A stretch of 64,000 nucleotides of DNA. Source: Scenedesmus sp. PABB004. Its lineage: Eukaryota. The stretch is from the NCBI GenBank assembly GCA_014905635.1, contig JABVCE010000011.1:248001-312000 (forward strand). Direction: 5' to 3'. The position numbers were made by a program, and so were the translations under genes. This document shows positions 24,125 to 37,325 of this stretch, one piece after another; position 1 is the first letter of the stretch; each line of letters begins with the position of its first letter. Below the pieces are notes generated by a model. The model did no database searches, had not been told where the DNA came from, and saw only the letters and a list, made by a program, of their open reading frames with translations.

Positions 24125-25138
24125 GGCGCCGCCGCCGCGCTGTTGACCGAACGCGGCGATGTCCGCGCGCGCGTCGGGCAGCCGCTGGGCCTACGAGGGC
24201 CCGGAGGAGCCGCTGCGGGCTCGCTGCGCGCCAATCTGTCGAGCGCCCCGTCGGCGCTGTGCTGTCTGGATCACCTCGGCGCCCCGCGCGAGGCGCGGGG
24301 CAGCGATCGACCGTCCTCCTGGCCCTGCGCGCTGGCCCTGGCGCGGCGCACGCCAGCGCGAGGCGGGGAGGAGCAGATGTGCGCCCTCACGGCGCCTGTG
24401 CGGCCCCGGCGGGGCGGTCGGAGCGCGCGGGCGGGCGAGTGGCGATGCGGGGATGGCTGCGCCGCCGGCGGGGCGGCCCATGATCGCTGGAGCACAGGCG
24501 CGGTCCAGCGAGCGGCGGCGGCACGCTGCGCGCGTGCGCGTCCATGCCGGTCGGCGGCGGCGCCGCGCAGCGCAGTGCCGCAGGGGCTCTGACTCCGTGG
24601 CGCACCACACCACTCACCCCCGCGCAGTCGCAGTAGGCTTGCCTCGCGCCGCCGCTGCAGCGCGCGCTGCGCCGGCGCGTGGCCGGCGGCCGGGGCCCGC
24701 AGCAGCTGGCGGCGCGCAACCCGCGGTCCCAGCGGGAGCTGCGGCCACAGGAGCTGCGGCCGCAGGCACAGGCAGCTGCCGCGGTTGACGGCGTCAGCGC
24801 GGCAGCAGCTGCCGCACACACGCGCACCGCCGCCTCAAAAGCCGGCGCGGCGCGCCGGCCAGGCACCACACTCTCTCTGCTCCGGCTCCAGCACGCTCGT
24901 CGACGCCCTCCGCCACCAGGTGGGCGCGGCTGCCTCGGCGATGCCCCGGACCCAGCAGCGCGCGATCAGGCCGCCAGGCGCCCCGCACAGCCTCCTGCAG
25001 CGCGGTCTGGCCGATTCACACGCGTCCGCGCTGCGCCGAGCCGCGCCGAGCGCCGCCCACCCGCCGCCGCCGCTGCTGCCACAGGTCCAACCGCGCCAAC
25101 CACCGCACCGCCGCCTGCACACCACCACCTACACACCA

Positions 25139-26026
25139 ATGGCTCCCCCCGCGCGCACCTGGATGGCTCTGGCCCTGCTCGCCGTGCTCGCGTCGGCGGG
25201 AGCGGCGACCCTGCCGCCGCTGCCGCTGAGCGGCAAGCCGGAGCCCGGGCACCACCACCCGCTGGCGCCGCTGAGCGGCGGCGCCAAGGGCCTGCCGCTC
25301 GCAGCAGCCTTTGAGGCCCACACCAAGCCCGGCCACGCCGCCCTCACGCGGGCCAACCCCAGCGCGCCGCCCAAGCCCGACCTCGGGGCCATCAAGCACG
25401 CGCTCCTGGCCAAGCTCGCCGCCACCGGGCGCCTGGCCGCAAAGCCCCGCGCGCCGGCCCTGCCCCTGCCCCTGGCCGGCGCGCGCGCGCGGGCCGCGAG
25501 CGCCGCCGCGGCCGCCGAGCTGCGCGTCGCGGGGGAGATGCTGGACGCCGCCGCGCCGCACCAGCGCCGCGGCCTCAAGGGCAGCAAGGGCCACGCGCAG
25601 CACGTGGACCTGCCCCTCGGCACCAACCCCTCGGCGCCGCCCACGCTCCCGGAGCAGCCCAAGCACGCCAAGCACGCCCAGAAGCACGCGCAGCACGTGG
25701 ACCTGCCCCTCGGCACCAACCCCTCGGCGCCGCCCACGCTCCCGGAGCAGCCCAAGCACGCCAAGCACGCCCAGAAGCACGCGCAGCACGTGGACCTGCC
25801 CCTCGGCGCCAACCCCTCGGCGCCGCCCACGCTCCCGGAGCAGCCCAAGCACGCCAAGCACGCCCAGAAGCACGCCAAGCTCGAGGCGCCCCTCGCCAAC
25901 CCCTCGGCGCCGCCCACGCTGCTGGAGCACGCCAAGCACGCCAAGCTGGGGAAGAGCGCCGCCCGCGGGCAGCAGCAGTCCGGCGCGGCCCTGCTGGCCG
26001 CCGCGGGCGCGCTGCCGCGGCCCTGA
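25139..26026 (+). CDS. Intronless secreted His/Lys/Pro-rich repeat protein (unknown function)
   Basis: Signal-peptide-like start MAPPARTWMALALLAVLASAGAA; strong GC3 codon bias; RRGLK motif; then 31-aa repeats HAQHVDLPLGTNPSAPPTLPEQPKHAKHAQK. Confidence 0.8.
   Translation: MAPPARTWMALALLAVLASAGAATLPPLPLSGKPEPGHHHPLAPLSGGAKGLPLAAAFEAHTKPGHAALTRANPSAPPKPDLGAIKHALLAKLAATGRLAAKPRAPALPLPLAGARARAASAAAAAELRVAGEMLDAAAPHQRRGLKGSKGHAQHVDLPLGTNPSAPPTLPEQPKHAKHAQKHAQHVDLPLGTNPSAPPTLPEQPKHAKHAQKHAQHVDLPLGANPSAPPTLPEQPKHAKHAQKHAKLEAPLANPSAPPTLLEHAKHAKLGKSAARGQQQSGAALLAAAGALPRP
25592..25945 (+). repeat. 93-bp coding tandem repeat, 3 near-identical units plus 1 degenerate
   Basis: Units start at 25592, 25685 and 25778; a degenerate unit starts at 25871. 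Confidence 0.95.
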
Positions 26027-26355
26027 GCGGGGCGCCGCCGCCGTGCGCCAACGATTGCTGTGTGACTGACATTGCGGGCGGCCCTGTGGCGCCTGGCAGG
26101 TTTCATTGATCCCATTTGACTTTGCCTGTATCTGCGCGCAGCGGCGCCTCTCTCGAGACGCGCCGCGCCGCGCTGCTGCGGCGGCCCCGTGGCCGCTGCT
26201 CTGTCGATTGATTGATTGATCCTTTGATTGATTGGGCCCTGAGCGTGTGTGTGCGGCGGATCTTCTTTTCCCCGTCGAGTCGCCGCCCGTGCGGCCGCCG
26301 CGCACCATCAGCGCGCGCGAGGTTGACCTGGTGCGCGGGCCGGCGAATGGCCGCG

Positions 26356-26360
26356 TGTAA
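26356..26360 (+). promoter_or_regulatory. Candidate chlorophyte polyadenylation signal TGTAA
   Basis: TGTAA lies 330 nt after the stop at 26026. The same motif occurs at 28756-28760 and 59574-59578, each downstream of a + strand stop codon. Confidence 0.5.
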
Positions 26361-26662
26361 GCCCCCGGCCACCGAGCTCGCCCCGCAGCATCAACGCCAG
26401 CCGCACGCGCGCGCGGCTGCGCGCTGGCAGCGGGCTGAACCGCACTTTTCGAAAAGCGACGCGCGCGGCGCTGCGGGCCCAGAGCTCGGCGCGGGGGCCA
26501 GCGGCAGCAGCCCCCAGCGCCCAGACCGCTCACCCTCCGCCCGCGGCCTGCGCACGCTCCAGCAGCCCGGCCGCCGCCCCCGCGCAGCGCCCGCGCGCAG
26601 CGCCGCACCGCTCCGGCGCGCCCCGCCCCTCCTGCGCCTGCTCCCCGCGCCCCCGTGCCGTC

Positions 26663-28467
26663 ATGGCGCGCTCTCCGCGGCCGCTCCGCCTGCTGTGCAT
26701 CACGGCGGCGGCGCTGGCGCTGCTCGCGCCGCGCCGCGCGTCGGCGGGCGGCGGCGCGCTCGTGGACGCGCTCGTGCCGGACGCCCTGGCGTCCCAGCTG
26801 TCGGCGGCGCTCTCCTCGGGCGAGCTGCCGGTCAGCCAGCTCGACCTGCCCGTCTGGCGCCCGCCGGCGGGCGCGTGGCCGATGCCGACGCCGCACAAAG
26901 ACGTGCTCAACTTCAACACCTCCGTCCGCGTCGGCAAGGCCGCCAAGGGCGGCGTCATGGTGCTGGACATCCAGTGAGGCCGGGAGCCGCGGGGCGGCCC
27001 AAGAGGGGGGGGGGCAGGCCGCACGCGCTAGCCTTGCGCGCGCGGTAGCCTTGCGCACGCCGCCGCACACCCCCGTGTGCCGCCGCCGCCGCACCCCGCG
27101 CGCGCGTCGCAGCTTCAAGCCGCTTGCGGGCGTGAACAGCAGCCACGTGGTCTGGCTCTTCAACAACCTCCACGTGCGGGGCGGGGCACGGCAGGGCGCG
27201 CGGGGCACGACGGGGCGCGGCGGCGCGCGCACGCCGCCCCGGCGCTGCCAGTCAGTGACGGACACCGCAAGCCGCCGCTTGCGCCGCGCCCGCGCGCCGC
27301 AGCACAACGTGACGTACGTCGACCCCGCGGCGGGCACGCGCCGGCCTGTTCCCATGTACCTGCTGTTCCACCCGATCGACCACCTCTTCCACACCGCCAG
27401 CCCGCCGGGCGTCGTCAAGGCAGGCACCAAGTTCATCTGGTGAGTGCCTGGAAGCCGCTGCGGCGCGTGCGGCAGCGCCGGCGGGCGCTGGCGGCGGCGC
27501 CGCGGCGCGTGCGCGCACGCGCGAGCCCGCCGCCGCCTGCCCGCCCCGCGCGCGCGCGCGCGCGCGCACGCGCAGGTGCGAGCTGCCGCTGACGGGCTGC
27601 ACGTACCAGCCGGCGAGCGCGACCGAGCCCTGGGTCTGCCCGGCCGCGCGGCGCGGCTTTGTGCGCGCCGACCCTCCGAGCGCGTGGGGCCCGGTCATGC
27701 ACACCAAGGTGGAGCAGGAGGTGGTGGCCTTCAACGCGTCCACGATGCAATTTGTGGCCAAGCACTACAACCCGGCGTGCGGCGCCGCGGCGCGCGCTGC
27801 GCACGCTGTGTGCAGCTGCCCGGCTGCGGCGCGACCCGCGCGTGCACTGCCGCCGACCGCCGACCGCCGACTGCCGCCGCAGGTTTGGCGGCGACGGCGT
27901 GCGCACCGTCACGACCGTGACGCACAGCTGGGCCGACTCGCCGCAGGGCCTGCGCCTGCGCACGCAGATGTGGTGCGGCGTCACAGCCGGCGCGGCCTTG
28001 GGCCGCAGCGCTTGCGGCCCCCTCGCGCCTCCCTCGCGCCACCGCCCCGCCCGCCCGACCGCCCCGCCCGCCCAACCGCCCCGCCCGCCCAACCGCCCCG
28101 CCCCGCCCACCTCGCAGGATGGGCCTCATGGCTCGGGGGAGCCACTCCGCGTTTGACACGAGCCTCGTCGGCGTCGCGGCCAACCACGTCATCGCGGCCA
28201 GCTACGTGGGCGGCGCGAGTAACGTGCCCCCGGGCAACGTCACCGCCGCCGCTTACATGGCGGTGCACCACTACGTGCAGGCGCGCGAAGCCCGGCCGCC
28301 CGCACGCACGCTGCGCTTGCCGGCGGCGCAGCGCGAGACCGCGTTGGCCGGCGCGGCCGACCGGCAGACGGCGCGCCGCCGCCGCCGCTCGCGCGCGCGC
28401 GCAGGAGTATGGCGGCACGCGCTTCTGGCTGCCGGCGGTGTACAACAGCCGGCCCCGCGCCACGTGA
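26663..28467 (+). CDS. Secreted DAPG hydrolase (PhlG)-like metallohydrolase
   Basis: Signal peptide, then spliced LAGVNSSHVVWLFNNLH, MYLLFHPIDH, FIW/CE, VTHSWADSPQGLRLRTQMW/MG and VHHYVQ/EYGGTRFWLPAVY. These match the PhlG pattern Y..WHP..H / E / H...RSRFW / H...E...FLP.LY. Six introns, the last (28281-28404) GC-AG. Confidence 0.65.
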
Positions 28468-28775
28468 GCCCGGCGGGCGGCAGGCAGCGAGGGGCGCAGG
28501 AATAAGGGCCCCGGCCGTCCCGGCGGCGGCGCCGTGTGCGGCGGCGCTTGACCGGCAGTGCGCGGGCGGGGGCGGCGTGCATCGACGCCACGAGCTCTCG
28601 GCAGCAGCGCGCTGGAAGGCTGCATGACGATCGCAGGTGTGGGACGCAGGGGGTCAGGGCAGGACGGCGCGCGGGCATGGGTTTTAGTGCAGTGAGGTTT
28701 TATCTACCTTAACCTCGGCACCGCGAGGGCGCCCTCCGCGCCCAGCGCGCGCGCGTGTAACCGACCGAGCGCAGC

Positions 28776-30664
28776 TCACTCCGCGGGCGCCGCCGCACCG
28801 CCCGGCGGCGCCCGCGCGTCTGCGCGCCGCGCGGCCAGGACCGCGCGCGCCGCCGCGACGCCCGTCGCGTGCGCGCCGTGCACGGTGCCCTGGTTGGCCG
28901 CCGACGCCGCCTCCCCCGCCCAGAAGAGCGCGCCGCACGGCTCGGCCAGCGCGGCGATGTGTGCGGGCGTGGCGCCGGGGGGCATGCACGCGAACGACCC
29001 CCGCGCCCAGGGGTCGGCGCCCCAGCGGCTGACGAGCGCGGCGCGCGGCGCCCGCGCGGCGCGCTCGTCGCCCGGGCACATCGCCGCGACGACGCCGGTG
29101 ACCTGCGGGGCACCGCGGCGCGGCCTGGCGTGGCGCGCCCAGGGCTCGCGCGGCCGGCCGGCGCGCAGCCGCGACCGCGCGCGTGCGCGCTCGGTGCGCG
29201 CGCCGCGGACCGCACCTGCTCGACGAGCGCGGCGCCGCAGTCGGCGCCCGCGGCCCACGCCGGCCCGCCCGCGTTGAACGCGACGAGCGCCGCCGGCGCG
29301 GCGCCGCCGCCGAGCCGCTCCGCGTACAGCGCGGCGTTGAACAGCTCCTGCCAGCGCCCGGCCAGCGGGTCGGCCGCGGGGGCGGCGGGCGGCACGCGGT
29401 TGAGCCACGCGCGGCGCGGCCAGAAGGGCGCGGCATCGTACAGCAGGACCACCTGCAGCGGCGCGGCGTGGAGGGCGGCGCGGGGGCAGCGTGGAGGGCA
29501 GTGCTTGCGCGGGCGGCTAGGCGCAGATGGGCCGTGCACGCCCAGCGCGCAGCGTGTGCACACAGCGCACACAGCGCGCAGCGCACAGCACGCCCAGCGC
29601 GCGCAGCGTGCCTTGTCGAGCAGTCCCACGCCGAGCGCGTCGATCGCGGCGGCCTTGCCGGCCGGCAGGGGCGGCTCGAACAGCGCGCCGTGGCAGGCCT
29701 TGAGCACGCCCAGCGGCAGCGTGACGACGGCGTGCCGCGACGTGAACGCGGCGCGCCCGCCCGGCGCCGCCGCGACGACGCGCACGCCGGCGGGGCCGTG
29801 CGCGACGCGCGCGACCGCGTGCCGCAGCCGCACGGCGCCGGACGGCAGGCGCGCGGCCGCCGCCGCGACGGCGGCGCCGAGGCCGCCCGCGACGAGCGCG
29901 TGCGCCCCCGGGCAGGGCGCGTCGTGGTCAAAGAAGCGCGCGCACAGCGCGTCCGCGCCGGCGCCGTACTCCTGCTCTATACGCGTGTTGACCATCGCGC
30001 CCAGCCACGCGCGCTCGCGCGGCGTCAGCGGCGGCGCCTGCGCCGCGGCCCACGCGTCGCGCGCGGCCGCGACCGACTGCGGCGGCGCCGCGCCAGCGCC
30101 CGCGCCGGCGCCGGCGTCCGCGGCGGCGGCGGCGTCCTGCAGGCGCGCGAGGTGCGCCTCGAAGCCAGCAAACAGCCGCTCGCACTCGGCGCACTCGTCC
30201 GGGCTCAGCGGCGAGCCGTCCGCTGCGTGCAGCGCGTTGTCGGTCGGCGCGGTGGCCACCGTGCGCAGGCCCGCGGCGGCGGCCGCCGCCGCCACCGGGT
30301 TCGCCGCCGGGTCGTCGCCGTGAATCCAGCTGCATGGCGCGATGCGGCGGCGGCGGCGGCGGCGGCGGCGGGGCGCGCACGGCGGTCGGGTCGGCCGGGG
30401 CGCGGTCGCGCGCCGCCGCGTGGCCCGCCTGCCCCCCCCCCCCCCCCCCAAACACACACCTCGCCCCGAGGTCCACCACCGCCGGCGCGTCGCAGCCGGG
30501 CAGGTCGAGCTCCACCGTGTGCGCGCGGCCGCCGACGCGGCCGCGCGCCTCCAGCACCACCACGCGCAGGCCGGCCGCGTGCAGCTCGGCCGCCGCCGCC
30601 AGGCCAGCCATGCCCGCGCCCAGGACCAGGACGTCTGCGTCCTCCTCAGTGGGCGGGCTGCACC

Positions 30665-30702
<38 letters not shown>

Positions 30703-31841
30703 GGCCGCTCCTGCTGCTGCGACCGCTCCTGCTGCTGCGGCCGCTGCTCCTGCCCCTGCTGCTCCTGCGCCGCATGCTGCTGCTCGCACCCTTGCTGGCG
30801 CCGCTCCCCCTCCTGCTGCTGCCGCGCCTGCTCCTGCACAAACTCGCGCACCGCGGCGCGCAGCACGTCCCGCGACTTGGTGTAGTGATACTCGAGCTGA
30901 GCCTGGCAGTACGCGTGCCTGCGGCGCCAGGCGCAGCGGCACGCTCATGTCAACCGGCGCGCCGAGCCTTCGCATCGCCGGCGCCGCGCCGCCCCCGGCC
31001 GCGCCGCCCGGCGCCCCTCACCGCGGGTCGGTGCGGCGGCCGGCGATCGCGCGCAGCGCCGCCCACTCGCGCCAGTGCTTCGCCCACGCCGCGAGCCCGC
31101 CCAGCGCCGCCAGCCGGCCGACCTCGGCGGCCGCTGCGGCCTCGAGGTCGGGCGCGGGGCAGGGCAGCGGCGCGCAGGCCGCCGCCGCGTCGGGGCCGGG
31201 CGCGTCAAAAGTGACGACCGCGCGCAGCGCCAGCCACGGCCCCAGGCGCGCGTGGACCGCGAGGTGGCTCGCCGGGCTCACAAACGCGAGCCCCGAGACC
31301 TCCGCCGCGCGCAGCATGTCAACGAAGCGGCCCCCGGGCCCGCGGCGTGCCCGAACCGCACCGCCACGCGCACGCAGCGCGGGCAGCGCGGCGCGCCGCC
31401 GCCGCCGGCCGCGCCGCCGCCGGCCGCGGCGCCGCTGCCCCCGCGCGGCTCGCCGCTCGGCGCGCCGCTCGCGCCGGCGGCGCAGTGCGCACACGTCGCG
31501 GCAGCGGCGACCGCGGCCGCGAGCGCCGCCTCCACATAGTCGTCCAGCGGGTGCGGCGCGGCCAGCGCCTCGGGGCGGGCCGCGAGGTGGGCGAGGAAGG
31601 GGCGCCAGAGCGCCGCGCCGTTGCCAACCAGCACCGCGAGCGCGTCCGGGCGGCCCCAGTCGGGCAGGCGCCCGTCCGGCGGCGCGGCCGCGTTGAACGC
31701 GGCGGCGGGGAACGGCTGCGCGACGGTCAGGCCCGCCGCCGCGAGCGGGCCCGCGAGCGCCGCGGTCAGCGCCGCCCAGGACGGCGGCGGCTGCTGCTGC
31801 TGGTGCTGGGAATCGCAGCCGCCGTCGCTGCTGCCGGGCAT
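28776..31841 (-). CDS. CblC/MMACHC-like domain fused to FAD-dependent amine oxidase (polyamine oxidase/LSD-like)
   Basis: The N-part has LAVLVGN..LW..F, HPLDDYV, MLRAAEVSGLA, VHARLGPWLALRAVV, HWREW..LR and Y...QLEYHY. The same exon continues without a stop through a Gln-rich linker into VLVLGAGMAGLAAA..L...VVVLEARGRVGGR, DLGAS/WIHG, VVTLPLGVLK, RWGADPWARGSF and WAGEA....GTVHGA. It needs a 1-nt correction at the C5 run 31331-31335. Confidence 0.8.
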
Positions 31842-32285
31842 GCCGAGCTGTGGACGCTGGCGGCAGAGCACCGCCGCCGCCGCCGCCGCCGCGGCCGCTG
31901 CCGCCGTCGCCGCTGCTGCCGCTCCCGCTGCTGCTGCTGCCGCCGCTGCGGCCGCGGCTGCGGCTGCGGCTGGCGGCGCCAGTCACATCTGCCACGCACA
32001 CGCAGAGTTAGGCGCGCTGGTGCTGCTGCGAGTGGGAACACCACACAACAGAACGCCGCCGCCCCGCGAGCGTCACTGTGTTCAAACTTGGTTCAAACGA
32101 TCATCAGGCTTCACGCGCCATCCCCTGCTGCCCGCAGCCCACGCGCCCGCACTCCTCGCGACGCCCAGGCCCTCCCGCTCGCAGGTCGACGCCCCGCCCG
32201 CTCTCAGAGCCGAGAGCCCGCGCCATCGCCCTTGCCCAGCAGCCCCGTCGCGCAGCGCCGCCCAGCGCCGCCGCAGCCAGCCAGG

Positions 32286-33903
<1,618 letters not shown>

Positions 33904-34436
33904 GCGCCGCACTGCCGGGCGGGGCGGGGCGGGGCGGCGCCAGCAGCTGCTGGCGCGGCGCGCCGCCGCGCGGGGGGGAGCAGGCGCCCTGTGTATGTGA
34001 ACAAACTTGCATCGGGCGTTGCATCGCCGCCAGCAGCCTGGGGGGTGATGCTGCTGTTCGACTGGTGCTGGTGACGCGCGCGGCGGCGCGCGGGCGGCGG
34101 CGCGGAGCGCCGAGAGAGCCGAGCGCGCGGCGGCCAGCCTGGCCGCACGGCTGGTAACGAAGCTGCCGCCGCCCCCCGCGGGCCTTGAGAGCTCCGCCCG
34201 GCCCGGCCAGAGCTGGGGGCGCGCCCGCAGCGAGCGCCGAGCGCCGCCGGCTGCGTCGTGACCGGTGCAAGCGGATGACGGTCATCGCCAACCGCCGCCG
34301 CGCGCCGCCGCACCCCGCAGCGCACCGCGCTGCGCCGCCAGTCGCACGCCCGCCATGCCGCCGCGCCCGCGCAGCCTGGCAGGCGCCGGGCGCGCGTGAG
34401 CGCCGCGCGAGCAACTGTCGCCCGCGCGCCGCGAAA

Positions 34437-37325
34437 ATGCACGACCGGCGCGGGCGCAGCGGCGTCAACACGAACGGCGTGGTTAATCCTGACGCGCTGG
34501 CGCCGCCCGCGCCGGGCGCCTCGCGGCGCAGCGGCGGTGGCTCGCAGCGACCCCCGACCTGGGCGCTGGGCTGCGTGCTGGGCCTCGCCCTGCTGGCGAC
34601 GTGGAGCCTGGGACGGCTGTCGGCGCACCACCTCGCCCTGGGCGCGTCAGGCGGCGCCGGCGGCGGCGACGGCGGCGCGGCGCTGCAGGCGCAGCTCGCG
34701 GCGCTCGCCGAGCAGCAGGCCGCCACGCTGCAGCTGCTGCGTGGGTTGAGCCTGCATGCCAACATGTCCGCGCCGCTGGGCAACGCCAGCGCGGCCGACG
34801 AGGCGCCGCCGGGCAACGCGTCGGCCGGCGCCGCCGCGCTGCCGGCGCTCGCGGCGCTGCCGGCGCTGACCAAGCTCCACAACGCGGTGCTGCGGCGCAG
34901 CAAGGACTACGACGCGCACCGCGCGACGCTCGGGGGCCTGCTCGGCCGCCTCGTGCGGCTGCCGCCGGGCGACGCGGCGGCGGTCGTCGCGGCGGCGCGG
35001 CGCGCGGAGCGCGACCCGCTGCGGCGCTTTGCGTTTGAGCTCTACGGCCTGCTGCTGCGCAGCGAGCGCCTGGTGCCGTGCCGCGAGGACACGAGCTTCG
35101 TGCCGTGGGACGCGCGCGCCTCGGTCGACACCTGGCCCGCCGAGGCTCGCGAGGCGGGCGCGGACGCGGCGGGCGAGGAGTACGAGTCCGATGCCGACGC
35201 GGCCGCTGCAGAAGCGGCAGCTGCAGCTGCAGACGCCGAGGCTGACGCGGACGCCGACGCAGACGCGGCAGCTGGAGACGGCGACGGCGGCGGCGGCGGC
35301 GGCGCGCCGGGCACGGCGCGCGTGCTCAGGGACGTCAGCCGCAGCGGGCGCAGCAGCGCCGGCGGCGGCGGCGGCGGCGGCAGCAGCAGCAGCAGCAGCA
35401 GCAGAGGCGGCGGGAGCGCAGGCGGCGGGCCCGCGCCGCCGCGCCCGCCGCCGGCCCCGGCGGCCGCTCCGCCGGGCGGCGGCGCGGCCGCTGGCGGCGC
35501 AAAGGGCGGCGCCGGCGCCGCGCCCGGCAGCCCGGCCGCCGGCAGCCCGGCCGCCGGCAGCCCAGCCGGCGGCGGCGGCGGCGGCCCCGGGCGTTACTTC
35601 ATCGCGACCAACCTGCGCGACAACGGCGAGCAGATGCCGCACTTTGTGCTCTCCCTGCTGCGCACGCTGCTCGCCGTGCCGCGGGGCCGCGCGTTCGTGA
35701 GCGTCTATGAGTCCAACAGCGACGACGGCGCGCACGGCTGGATCGACGTGCTGGGGCTGGCGCTCAACCTCATCGGCGCGCCGTCGCGCCTCGTCGCGCG
35801 CGGCGGGCTCGTGCGGCGCGAGGGCCAGCACCGCATCCAGTACCTCGCCCAGGCGCGGCGCGGCGTGGCGCGGCGCGGCGCGTGGCTGCGCGGCGCGTGC
35901 TGCGCCGGGGAAGAAATGAAGAGCCCCGCCCGCGCGCCGCCGCCGCCGCAGGTGCGCAACATGGCGCTCGCGCCGCTCTATGAGTTCCACGCCGCCGGCA
36001 GCGCCGCCGCCCCTGCTGCTGCTGCCGCTGGCAGCGCCAACGCGAGCGCCGCGGGCGCGGGCGGCGCGCGGCGCGGGCGCGCGCCGGCCGCGCCCGGGTC
36101 GCTCGCGTGGGCGCCCGACTACGTGGTGTTTGTGAATGACGTCTTCTTCTGCCCCGGCGGCCTGCTGCGCCTGCTCACCTACCGCGCCGACATCACCTGC
36201 GGCACCGACTGGTGGCAGAACAAGGGTGGGTGACGGCGGCGGCAGCGCGGCCGGCGGCAGCATGGCAGCGGCGGCGGGGGCGGCGGCGGGGCGGCAGCCG
36301 CGGCAACCGCGGCATGCTGACGCACGCGCCGCCGCCGCGCGCGGGCGCGCGCGGCGCGCAGACGCGACGGTCGCGCTGCCGGAGCGCCTGCGCAGCAAGG
36401 CGCACGCGCCCAAGCCGGCGCTGCCGCCGGAGCTGCGGCTCGAGGCGCCGCTGCCGCGCGGCGCCGCCGAGTTGGGGGACGCAACAAACCCCATCGTCTT
36501 TTACGACATCTGGTGCGGGCGCGCAAAGCACTTGCGGCGCACGCGCGGGGCGCGGCGGCGCTCGTGGCGCACGCGCGCGTGCCTCGCTGCGTCAGCGTCC
36601 GCAACGGCGCGCGCGGGGCCGCCTGCCCGCCCACCCGCTGCCCGCGCGCCCGCCCGCGCGCACGCAGGGTCGCGCGGGACGTCGCGGGCGACAAGTTTTG
36701 GTGGGCGCACCCGTTTGTCACGCACGAGCCCTCGGCAGCCGCGTTTGAGAAAGGCGAGCGCGGCGGCGGCGCTCGGGGCTCGCCGGCGCGCCGCGCCGCA
36801 CCGCGCCGCCCTGTGCGACCCGCCGCCGCCGCCTCGCCGCCGCCGCCGCCGGGCGCAGGCCTCCCCATGCGCGCGAGCTGCTGCTGGAACGGCCTCGCCG
36901 TCCTCCGCGCGGCGCCGTTTGCGGCGGGGCTGCGCTTCCGCGCGCACGAGGACGGCGAGTGCGCGGGCAGCGAGTGCAGCCTGCTGTGCGACGACTTCGC
37001 GCGCCTCGGGCTGCGCCGCGTCGTCGTGGACGCGGGCGTGCAGCTGGCGTACGACTACGGCCTCGCGCGCGAGATGGCGGCGGTTGGCGTGGAGGGCGTC
37101 GGCGCGAGCAGCTGGGCGCAGGTGCTCGCGGCGCGCGGCGCCGCGGCGGCCGGCGTCGCGCCGGACTACGACTCGATCGAGTGCTGCGGGCTGCGCCCGG
37201 GCGCAAAGTGGGTCAACTTTTTCCGGGACTGCGCGCCGCGCAGCGTGCTGGAGACCAACTGGACCGCCGCGGCGCTCGCGCGCGGCGGCGACGGCGGCGG
37301 CGAGCGGCGGCGGCGGCGGCAGTAG
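34437..37325 (+). CDS. GT69 / CAP59-like alpha-1,3-mannosyltransferase (type II membrane)
   Basis: N-terminal TM, YFIATNLRDN, FVSVYESNSDD, RIQYLAQ/VRNMALAPL, VVFVNDVFFC, FYDIW/VARD, SCCWNG, ECAGSECSLLCDDF. GC-AG introns at 35853-35951 and 36754-36858. Confidence 0.92.

Noticed and set aside
25592..25945. Regular repeat array as a possible CRISPR
   Set aside because: The units are contiguous 93-bp in-frame coding repeats with no unique spacers and no cas genes, in a eukaryotic context.
28687..28721. Small hairpin GTGC..GAGGTT/AACCTC..GCAC between convergent genes
   Set aside because: The stem is short and matches no RNA family I recognise; chance is likely.
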